Source of the DNA: an uncultured virus (IMG/VR IMGVR_UViG_2576861727_000003)
Lineage: Duplodnaviria; Heunggongvirae; Uroviricota; Caudoviricetes
Virus record (IMG/VR): IMGVR_UViG_2576861727_000003
Reading direction: 5' to 3' (one strand)
DNA: 64,000 nucleotides
Positions 49,970 through 58,185 of the stretch are shown piece after piece. Both the position numbers and the translations under genes were made by a program. Numbering within the stretch: the first letter of the stretch is position 1; each line of letters starts with the position of its first letter. Below the pieces are notes generated by a model, which saw nothing but the letters and a program-made list of their open reading frames with translations, was not told where the DNA came from and searched no databases.

Positions 49970-50987
49970 TTATCTGTTTGTGTTATCCTTTCTCATGCGT
50001 CCGCAGACGGCGAGCTTTCACGGTCGCTCCGCAAAGTTCCGAGGGATTGGGATGGATGAGATGCGGCTGAGATTAATTTCGGCGGCATGAACGAATGCAT
50101 CATAATTTATTTGCTATTGGTAATAAGCCGTCCGAGCTACTAAAGAGTAACTCCACGGGCGGAGCCGTGCAAGCACCGTACCGAGCTAGTTATGAGTCAA
50201 ATAGTTGATACTCAAGCTGATAGCCATTAGAGAAAGAATTAAATATAATTCGTATTGTGAGGGGTGCTGCGTTCCGTCGAGCGTATGAAACATACGTCAC
50301 GGTATCACGAACAACAAGGGTCGTTCAGGGTCAACTATGGCTACGACCCTTGAAATATAAGGGAGAAACCTTAACGAAGAAGCGAGGCTTAGGTATAAAG
50401 GGGCTCCGCCCCTTTATAGCGTCTTTTCTTTGATATGCTTAATCCCCGAGTAACGTGTATCTTGTTTCCTTGTAGCCTTCCAGTCTAGCCCCGCTCCGCA
50501 CTCACTCCTACTTGTCTCCCTAGACTGTCGGCACTCGTACAGCTCGTCTTTATTCCTAAGCTTCCTCTTCACCCTTGCTCCCGCTGTACTCGTAAGTTTT
50601 ATTATTCTCCTACTTGTAACCTGTCGCTTGCAACGTGTCTCCGCGAGAGTCTAAATCGACTCCCGAAAATCTCTTCCATTAAGGGGCTAAAAATTCAGCT
50701 TGTTTTTAGAAGGAAAGTCCGAAATTGCGACGTTTGAAACACGTTGAAGTTATCATGATGTGCTCAAAAAAAGCCCGACTTATAAGCCGAGCTTGAGATA
50801 TGTAAGGTCTCTAAGAATAGAGAACTCGTGAACGAAAAATCGAGGGTAAACGTAGGTGGCACGGGCGATTTCGCGGATTTTGGACATTCAAAATTTGTCG
50901 AGGCAAATTTGCGTAATGAAAGACCAAAACGCCGATAACTCTAATAATTTTGTGTTTTTGACAAAATTCAAAATTTGTCGAGCTATA

Positions 50988-51878
50988 TTATTTAGCTTTT
51001 GCAAATAATCCAAGTACTTCAACTTTATGATAATCACTTCCAGAATAAAGAATGTGTGGATTAATATAAGCTCTTGTTAATTCTTTATAATCTTGAGGAG
51101 TTATAAAGGTTACAAAAAATTCTTTATGCCCGTGATATTCAAAAGTTAAGCGTCGATAGATATTCATAAGTCTACTTCTTTGAGTCGTGTCATAACTAAG
51201 AAGATTGCATATTTCATCAATCAGTAATGGCTGTATTTTTTCTAGTTCGGTTTCATCTGGATTTTTACAAATAATATTGTATTCGGTATTGATATAAGGT
51301 AATAATTGAAATATATATCCTAAGTACCTATGCTTACTAACGGGAATTGCTTTATATATACATCGCACGCCTTCAAGGTAGAATTTCTTATATAACTCGT
51401 CAGATTTTGCGATGTGTCCTCTGATGATATACGGTGACATTAACTTCAAACCATCTTCTCCGCTGTCAAGAATATATACGTTACTCACTTCTTTCCAAAA
51501 GTTAAAGGTTGTACCTGTAGACAATCCTAACACTTCTTTTAAATCCGACTTCTTCATCTTCTTGCGTTCCGTCAACATAAACTCATTATTATAATTGAGG
51601 TATGTGCAAAGATATATAAGCCGAGCAGCGCTCTCCGCTGAGATATTTCCGAACCTATGCTCTCGCATCACAAAGTAGAAATACCCAAGTTCGTCTTGCA
51701 TCTTGCGGCGTATCTCTCTTTTAATCTGCCGCTCTTTCAATTCGTCGTAGGCTTCCTGTTGCTTTGGCGTTATCACTCTGCTACCGATAGGAATTATCAC
51801 CGCCTTAGCTTCCGTAACTTTGCCCGTGTCTTCATCCACCGCCAAGTTGCTTTTTGTTTCATCTAAAAACTTGTACAT
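50988..51878 (-). CDS. RepL-like / winged-HTH DNA-binding protein
   Basis: RLIYLCTYLNYNN..LKEVLGLS HTH and YINPHILYSG; start MYKFLD after GGAGG. Confidence 0.55.
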   Translation of the reverse strand: MYKFLDETKSNLAVDEDTGKVTEAKAVIIPIGSRVITPKQQEAYDELKERQIKREIRRKMQDELGYFYFVMREHRFGNISAESAARLIYLCTYLNYNNEFMLTERKKMKKSDLKEVLGLSTGTTFNFWKEVSNVYILDSGEDGLKLMSPYIIRGHIAKSDELYKKFYLEGVRCIYKAIPVSKHRYLGYIFQLLPYINTEYNIICKNPDETELEKIQPLLIDEICNLLSYDTTQRSRLMNIYRRLTFEYHGHKEFFVTFITPQDYKELTRAYINPHILYSGSDYHKVEVLGLFAKAK

Positions 51879-52071
51879 AAATCCTCCTGATAATATTTTT
51901 TCTCCCACAAGCGGGGTGAAAATGAGCCCCGCCGAGTCGCGACGTTCGTTGGCTGACGGGGCTATCATTTGGCGATGAATTCACCGAAGAGGGACAATTT
52001 GTACCCTCGATATTCAGTTGTCAAGTTTCATTGTCTCCTGAGCAGAGCTGATAGTTTCTATCTGTTAGTTA

Positions 52072-52821
52072 TCAGTCTGCGAAAATTGTCTGTATCTCGT
52101 TGTAATACTTATCTTTGTTCTCGCGGGTGATACCGCAGTATCTCAGCGTAGTTCTCGAAGACGAGTGGTTCATCATGTCCTGGATAACCGCGAGAGCCTC
52201 TGTATCATTCGGGTGGAGTTTGAGATTCCAGTATCCGAATGTCTTACGCATCGAATGAGCGCCGATATGCTCTTCAAAGCCGAGTTCTGTGTTTAGCTTG
52301 TGCAGGATGCGGTAGAGCTGGCTTTCGTCCATTTTACCCTTGCGCTCAGAAAGAATGAGATAGTCGTCGAAGTTCACCGTGTTAAGGGTTGCAATGTAGT
52401 CGAGAATCGCTTTCTTAGCGGTGTCGTTAATGCGCGGCTGATTAGTCTTGCGTGTCTTACTTTCGATACACCAGATGTAATCCTTAACAGTTCCGTCTTC
52501 GTTAAGTACATCTCCAATTCTCAGGCTCAGCAAGTCTCCGCCACGAATACCGACGGATATGCCGAGGGTGAACAGCATATAGTTACGAGCCCGATGCCAC
52601 TTAGTTTTACCTTTGGTGCGGTAGAATTCCTGTGCCATCTGTATGTGTTCAAGTGTACGTATAGGCTCGTCTTCCTGTGCCTTCTTGATTCCGCGAGCAT
52701 TAACCGTCGAGGTAGAGCGGCGAGCGCGCTGTACTGTAATGTCAATTGTCTCGTGCGATTCGATAGCATTGTTTCCAATGGTCTCGGTACGGGTGATTTC
52801 GATAATGTTTGCTTTTGTCAT
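52072..52821 (-). CDS. Tyrosine recombinase (catalytic domain only)
   Basis: GIRGGDLL, HSMRKTFG, HSSSRTTLRY. Confidence 0.88.
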   Translation of the reverse strand: MTKANIIEITRTETIGNNAIESHETIDITVQRARRSTSTVNARGIKKAQEDEPIRTLEHIQMAQEFYRTKGKTKWHRARNYMLFTLGISVGIRGGDLLSLRIGDVLNEDGTVKDYIWCIESKTRKTNQPRINDTAKKAILDYIATLNTVNFDDYLILSERKGKMDESQLYRILHKLNTELGFEEHIGAHSMRKTFGYWNLKLHPNDTEALAVIQDMMNHSSSRTTLRYCGITRENKDKYYNEIQTIFAD

Positions 52822-52922
52822 ATTTTCGTCCTCCTTTAGTCCTTTGGTCATACTGTACCATACCTTGCGGAAAATTATTGAGGGCTTTTTTTGTTTGACC
52901 GCCCTCCGTTTTCTGTATATAT

Positions 52923-52951
52923 AGTATAGCATAAAAGCGGCGGCAAGTCAA
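52923..52951 (-). promoter_or_regulatory. Sigma-A promoter, leftward
   Basis: TTGACT-17-TATACT with extended TG. Confidence 0.7.
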
Positions 52952-53464
52952 GGTGGAGTTCATACTATACTATACCTTTGACGTGATGGATTTGGCGTGA
53001 GATGGACGGAGAGGGGCGAAAGCGGCGAGGGAAAATTGAGGTGGCTGTGGGATGTGAGGGGGATTAGAACGCCTCAAATCAAAGATTTTCGGCGGTACGC
53101 GGGGATTCTGAGGCATACTACAAGGCAAAATCCAAGTGTTCATAGAAACTTTACAAATGGGTTTTTGAGAGGGTAAAAATGTGGACGGGAAAATTAGCTT
53201 GCAAGTAGAATGTTTGCAAGTGGGGTGGGGGATGAGGGGGATTGGGGGTGGATTAAATAGGGAGATGCGGTGGATGTTGAGGTGACTGTAGGAGCCTGAG
53301 AGGTCGGATCTTCGGCGGTTTTCCGAACCTATCCCCCCTCAAAGTAACAAAAACTAGCACTGAAATGACTTGCAAGGGAATGTAAAAAGCTTGCAAGTTA
53401 GGGCTTGCAAACCTGCTTTCCTTCCTTTTTAAAAAGCTTTTGGTCATTTTCCAATATTTACGAC

Positions 53465-53493
53465 TTGCATTTTGTTTCGGGGTGTGGTATGAT
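53465..53493 (+). promoter_or_regulatory. Sigma-A promoter, rightward (early)
   Basis: TTGCAT-17-TATGAT with extended TG. Confidence 0.7.
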
Positions 53494-54089
53494 ATGAGTG
53501 CGGTGAACGTCATCTGATGTTCACCCACCACTACTCATATACCAAACAGCCCAGCACCTATTCAAGAAGGGGGTACATTATCATTATAGGTGCTGACCGC
53601 ATCCACGGGGCGGGTACTATTATATACGGTCAGGGTGTTACGGCTATGTAGATGCCGTATGTTATTCCCTGAGTACCGATATAGTATCTGACAGCATAAC
53701 CACGGGGCAGGACGCTGAGTGTATATTATCCACCTTGTAAGGTATACGGGGCTGAGCTACTGGAGACGGTCAGCCGCGCTCAGGGTTAATATGTTTTAGA
53801 GTGTTAGCCATATCTGGGGCAGTCGCTTATAATACCTATTTTCACAGCATCTTGACAAATCGGCGGAAGGTGGGCTGTATAATGTGGCATCAAGTCAATC
53901 GGCTTGACAGAATGAACTGGCAAAATAAGGGGTATTTTATACCCTTTTGAGATATGACAGCCTTCGGCATCGGGGGCTGTCAGATATCACGTTAAAAAGC
54001 TAATAACTTTACGACGTGAACCATACATTAACCGCTATTTTGCGGTAATTTCAGACAGGGCACAATATGCCCGAACGGAGGTATTTATT

Positions 54090-54830
54090 ATGAGTAAAGC
54101 AAACAACACCAACACCACAGACAACACCAACACCACAGCCACTGAGCTGACCGCACTGCCCGATTTTGCATCAGCCCTTGCCAGACTGAGCGAAAATACG
54201 GGTACAGTATCTGTCGTGCTTGATATCAAGTCACAGAAGGCACTCATTGAGGAAAATGCACCTGACAACTGGGATGAATTCAAGGCATATCTGGCAAGCG
54301 TCAACTATTGTCTAACACCCACAAAACGCATCCTGTGTGATGTCGGGGGTATGACCGCCGCTGACTATACCCGCCTGACAGGATATCTTGATACTATGAG
54401 ATACACCCTGACAGACTGGGTTAGCTGTCAGCGCAGACTTGATACACCTAACATCCCGAAGGCAAAAAAGAAAGAAATAGCTGTTTTGTGCGAAAACGCT
54501 CAGCGCTCAGTTTATGCCGCTTTAAAGGGCATCAAGGTACTGCTGGGCATCAACATCAAGGCTACACCTTCGGATTGTCAGTGGCTTGCAAGTCGTTGTA
54601 TTACAGTAAAATATCGGGATAGAACTAATATCAAGTTAGGATATACCCTGAGCGTGGTAGGCAGTATGACTATATTGTCTAATATATTCAAATTGGTAAG
54701 TGCTCAGGCTGATGCTCAGACAGCCCTTGAAAACGCTCAGGCGGCATTAATAAAGCGTAAAGGTGAAGGCATCAAAACTGCAATAGCTGAAATCACCGCC
54801 CTTCCCGATAGCACCGACAGCGCACAGTAA
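54090..54830 (+). CDS. First early gene, unknown function
   Basis: GGAGGT RBS, 246 aa, followed by a terminator. Confidence 0.75.
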   Translation: MSKANNTNTTDNTNTTATELTALPDFASALARLSENTGTVSVVLDIKSQKALIEENAPDNWDEFKAYLASVNYCLTPTKRILCDVGGMTAADYTRLTGYLDTMRYTLTDWVSCQRRLDTPNIPKAKKKEIAVLCENAQRSVYAALKGIKVLLGINIKATPSDCQWLASRCITVKYRDRTNIKLGYTLSVVGSMTILSNIFKLVSAQADAQTALENAQAALIKRKGEGIKTAIAEITALPDSTDSAQ

Positions 54831-54842
54831 TCAAGACCAAAG

Positions 54843-54869
54843 AAGAACCCCTTCGGGGGTTCTTTTTTA
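54843..54869 (+). terminator. Intrinsic terminator
   Basis: AAGAACCCC-TTCG-GGGGTTCTT followed by T-run. Confidence 0.8.
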
Positions 54870-55154
54870 TGCCTTTTTTCGCGCCCGATTTCGCACGTCG
54901 TGCGCGACTTTTCGTGTGTTTAACGCGCAAGAAAAATTTTTTCTTGTGCTCCCGCCTTTTACGGTAGAACGCGCGAATTTTCAAATTTTGTGGGCGAACT
55001 GCGCCCGCGGTCAGTTAGCGGTAGACCTTAAACAGAACCGCCACCACAGCCGAAACGCTGTAAAACTAAATTTTACGGGCATACTATGCCCAAACTATAC
55101 CCTTTTGACAGAGGGCTGACGGGCGTATTGCGCCCAGAAAGAGGTAGATTTTTT

Positions 55155-55631
55155 ATGGCAAAATTCAATGTTCGCATAGCAAAAGCGCCCAGAAATTGGT
55201 ACGGATTTTCTGTACCCGAAGGCGCTGCTTTTGGATCGGAATATCTCACCTCGGGAGATTTCGAATCCAAGAAATACTACGACTATGTATATCTCGGACA
55301 GAATAGGGTCGTAAAGCGCCCTGATGGAACTGTCTGCGGTCGTGAAGTGAAGATTTTTCTTCATCATCATGACGACGCGGCTGCAAGGTTTGATAAGCCC
55401 GACGCAGAACTTTTTCGCGGGTATTTCCAGCCTGTCTGGTTCTTCTGCGCTAAAGGTTCTTTGGCGGAGAAATTACTAAACCGTCATATCAAGACGGTGA
55501 AGCAACCAAAGCCCGATAATAGGGCAGAATTGCGCAATTTTCATATCCACGAAACAACGGATATGAGTTCCGCAATCAAGCGCCCCAGCTCTGCGGGTGC
55601 TATCTTCGCAATGGTTCGTGATAGGCAGTGA
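55155..55631 (+). CDS. Early hypothetical protein
   Basis: GAGGT RBS before MAKFNV. Confidence 0.6.
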   Translation: MAKFNVRIAKAPRNWYGFSVPEGAAFGSEYLTSGDFESKKYYDYVYLGQNRVVKRPDGTVCGREVKIFLHHHDDAAARFDKPDAELFRGYFQPVWFFCAKGSLAEKLLNRHIKTVKQPKPDNRAELRNFHIHETTDMSSAIKRPSSAGAIFAMVRDRQ

Positions 55632-55829
55632 CCATCCTGTCTATCAATAAATAAGGAGTCAAAAGCCCCATTTTCCTCGGATTTTGGGGCTCTAATTATG
55701 CCCCGATTTTCGCGGGCGAAAACTCCTAACCCATGCCCTCGGGTGCTCCCTACGCGGGCAAATTGCGTCAGAACAAAGCAAACGACAAAATTTCAAGGGG
55801 CGAACTGCGCCCAAAAAGGAGATATAACT

Positions 55830-56096
55830 ATGAAAATTAACGAATTAATAAGCCTGTTTTATCAGGCTACTGGCTTCACCATAAAGAGAACTCACGGCGG
55901 TTATAAATTCGAGGTTACAACCGATCTTGTTACCGCACCTATATCTCTCGCAGATATAAAGCGTCGGGTTAAGGCATATTGCGAGCTTAAAGCTTCTATT
56001 TACGAAGCAAAAGCCGCGTATTGCGAAGACACAGACGGAGCTACATGGTTCTCCGACTGTGCCGATAACTGGCGCAGAACTCTGGAAAGAGTCTAG
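55830..56096 (+). CDS. Early hypothetical protein
   Basis: AAGGAG RBS before MKINEL. Confidence 0.6.
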   Translation: MKINELISLFYQATGFTIKRTHGGYKFEVTTDLVTAPISLADIKRRVKAYCELKASIYEAKAAYCEDTDGATWFSDCADNWRRTLERV

Positions 56097-56230
56097 TTTT
56101 ACAGGCAAATTATCAGAATACACATTTCCCGTGAATTTCCGCCCAGAATTTTCTCGGGATTTTTCTTCGGAGATTTATCTGGGATTTTTATACCCGAATT
56201 TCTTGGGTAAATATATTTGGAGGTATAATA

Positions 56231-56815
56231 ATGAAAACAATGAAAGTATTGTATGGCGGTGAGTTTGTTGAATTTGTCAGCGATTGTTTCAGTGATTACG
56301 CTGCCGAAACAGGAAAACTCGGCAATCTCTTCATGAAAGACGGCGTGATGCTGTTTGATGGCGAAAAGTCAGTGATTTTTAGCGGGCATTTTATCGACTT
56401 TAGCCACATGAAACATTACAATGGAGATATATGCTTCTCCATTGAAAGCACAAAAAATCCTGCAAACGCAAGATTATCAGGTGCAAAGATCATATATTCC
56501 GCTTTGGAATTAGAGGAGGCATATTTTGACCGCTACCGTACAATAGTTTCAATGCTCTGTGACGGCGCAAAAGAGGACTCTGAGGAATCTGATTACGTCG
56601 GAGTGTGTCTGATTAAAATTGGAAACATTTCCGACGAAGAGTTAGAAGCGATTATATCGGTAATGGCAGAAAATAATTGCCGCTATTGGTGCGGCGAACC
56701 TAGAATTGACCTAAAGCGAGAATATGAGCTTTGGGTGGAGTTTGTTCCAAACGAAGAGAGCGGAATATTTAAATGGGGATTATACCCCTCGAACTACATA
56801 ATAAGGAGAGGATAA
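56231..56815 (+). CDS. Early hypothetical protein (acidic)
   Basis: GGAGGT RBS. Confidence 0.65.
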   Translation: MKTMKVLYGGEFVEFVSDCFSDYAAETGKLGNLFMKDGVMLFDGEKSVIFSGHFIDFSHMKHYNGDICFSIESTKNPANARLSGAKIIYSALELEEAYFDRYRTIVSMLCDGAKEDSEESDYVGVCLIKIGNISDEELEAIISVMAENNCRYWCGEPRIDLKREYELWVEFVPNEESGIFKWGLYPSNYIIRRG

Positions 56816-56817
56816 TT

Positions 56818-57051
56818 ATGAAAACTATAAGGGATTTTATGTGGTTTGTATTTCCCACAAATAACGATGTCTTTGTCATCAAAGATATAAAGACTGGCGA
56901 CAAGGTCTCTTTTACAAGAGATTCCACTAAATCGCCTGACTGGGGCAAATTCGTAGAAAAATACTACGATATGCCAATAAGCTATGTCGAGTTTGAGCAA
57001 GGTGACAATAAGACAATAGTAAATCTTATTGTCGGTATGGATAGATTTTAA
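56818..57051 (+). CDS. Early hypothetical protein
   Basis: GAGG RBS before MKTIRD. Confidence 0.6.
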   Translation: MKTIRDFMWFVFPTNNDVFVIKDIKTGDKVSFTRDSTKSPDWGKFVEKYYDMPISYVEFEQGDNKTIVNLIVGMDRF

Positions 57052-57093
57052 CTCTATAATATAACCCTCCTGCCCCGATTTTTCGGGGCTTAT

Positions 57094-57144
57094 GAACACA
57101 TGAGTTGACCTCCCCGTGGTGTGTTCGGGTAACGCTAACAACTC
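57094..57144 (+). ncRNA. Minimal HDV-like (theta-type) ribozyme 1
   Basis: P1 GAACAC/GTGTTC, P2 GAGTTG/CAACTC, P3 ACC/GGT, L3 TCCCCGT, GG for P1.1, J4/2 GCTAA. Confidence 0.8.
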
Positions 57145-57150
57145 CCTAAC

Positions 57151-57204
57151 GAACCGTAGAAGTCAGCCTCCTCGTGGCGCGGTTTGGGTAATGCTAATGA
57201 CTTC
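57151..57204 (+). ncRNA. Minimal HDV-like (theta-type) ribozyme 2
   Basis: P1 GAACCGT/GCGGTTT (G1-U wobble), P2 GAAGTCA/TGACTTC, P3 GCC/GGC, L3 TCCTCGT, GG, J4/2 GCTAA. Confidence 0.83.
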
Positions 57205-57546
57205 ATTCACACACCATCCCGACTTTGTGTGAAAAACTGCTGACAAAATTTATGCTAAAGGAGATGATAATTTTCATGATTTAACCAGCGTGAACGCGAC
57301 AGCGCAGAATAAAGTGCCGCGGGAATTTTACCGACATATTCAGCCGAATCAGCTCAGAATTTTGTTAGGTAATTTTTCTTGAAATGATTGAGCGGGGTAG
57401 CATCCGCAAGAAAGGGGTGATGATAGATATGTTTGATATATTGGTTCGCCGCAGAACCGTCGTGTGTCGGAAATATTCGATACATGAGAAATAAGTCAGC
57501 GATAGCGGCTGACGTACTTGTGCATTGCGGTTTATGCGCAAGACAA

Positions 57547-57621
57547 GCTCCCGTGGCGAAATTGGCAAACGCAGTGTATTTAAGGTACATACAACTATGG
57601 GTTCGAATCCCATCGGGAGTA
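57547..57621 (+). tRNA. tRNA-Leu(TAA) lacking the long variable arm
   Basis: GCTCCCG/CGGGAGT plus A73; GTGTA-TTTAAGG-TACAT; ATGGG-TTCGAAT-CCCAT. Confidence 0.78.
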
Positions 57622-57684
57622 TCCTCTTCTATGACATTATACCTCCTTAATTATGGCGGCGTGGAAATTTCTGCGCCGTCTTTT

Positions 57685-57796
57685 GTGCCATTAGCTCAAT
57701 CGGTTAGAGCGCGTATTGTGTCTTGTAGAAGACACTTACAGCAGATTTATTTGCTATTCCAAAGCCGAGATGTGGGTTCGAGCCCCACATGGCGCA
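57685..57796 (+). ncRNA. tRNA-like RNA with an expanded anticodon region
   Basis: Intact acceptor GTGCCAT/ATGGCGC, D arm GCTC/GAGC, T arm GTGGG-TTCGAGC-CCCAC; about 60 nt lie between D and T arms. Confidence 0.7.
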
Positions 57797-57900
57797 TTTT
57801 ACGGCACGAACAGCATTTCACATTTGCATAAAGTGTGCCGTGTTAACCGCCCATTTTGGGTAAATTTTATAAGGCAAAACGCCTAGGAAGGAATTTTAAA

Positions 57901-58062
57901 ATGAAAAGTTTCAGATTTGTAGACAGGAAAACAAGCAAGGTTTGGGTAGAAACCGCACCAGACTTCAAGACCGCTAGAGCAAAGATTTATAAGGCTCTCA
58001 AAATCAAACCCAATGTGTTCACCGTTAAAGCGCCGATGAATACATGGGTCATAGAAAGGTAG
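57901..58062 (+). CDS. Small early protein
   Basis: AAGGA RBS before MKSFRF. Confidence 0.5.
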   Translation: MKSFRFVDRKTSKVWVETAPDFKTARAKIYKALKIKPNVFTVKAPMNTWVIER

Positions 58063-58185
58063 GCGAGAAAAAATGCTGAAAGTTTTATTCCAGAAATTTT
58101 TCGGCAAAAAGCAGAGCATAGCTGCGGAGCTCAAGTATTACCAGAGCCTCGCGGCGTATAACAAATTTTAAAAGGAGGAATTATA

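Noticed and set aside
1567..52821. Stop-codon reassignment (often linked with theta ribozymes)
   Set aside because: Genes are full length under the standard code and no suppressor tRNA was seen; the TMP split is explained by the intron
53852..53883. TTGACA...TATAAT promoter
   Set aside because: Spacer is 20 nt, too long for a canonical sigma-A promoter; at most an extended -10
57354..57831. ORFs overlapping the tRNA cluster
   Set aside because: Better explained by tRNA and tRNA-like genes
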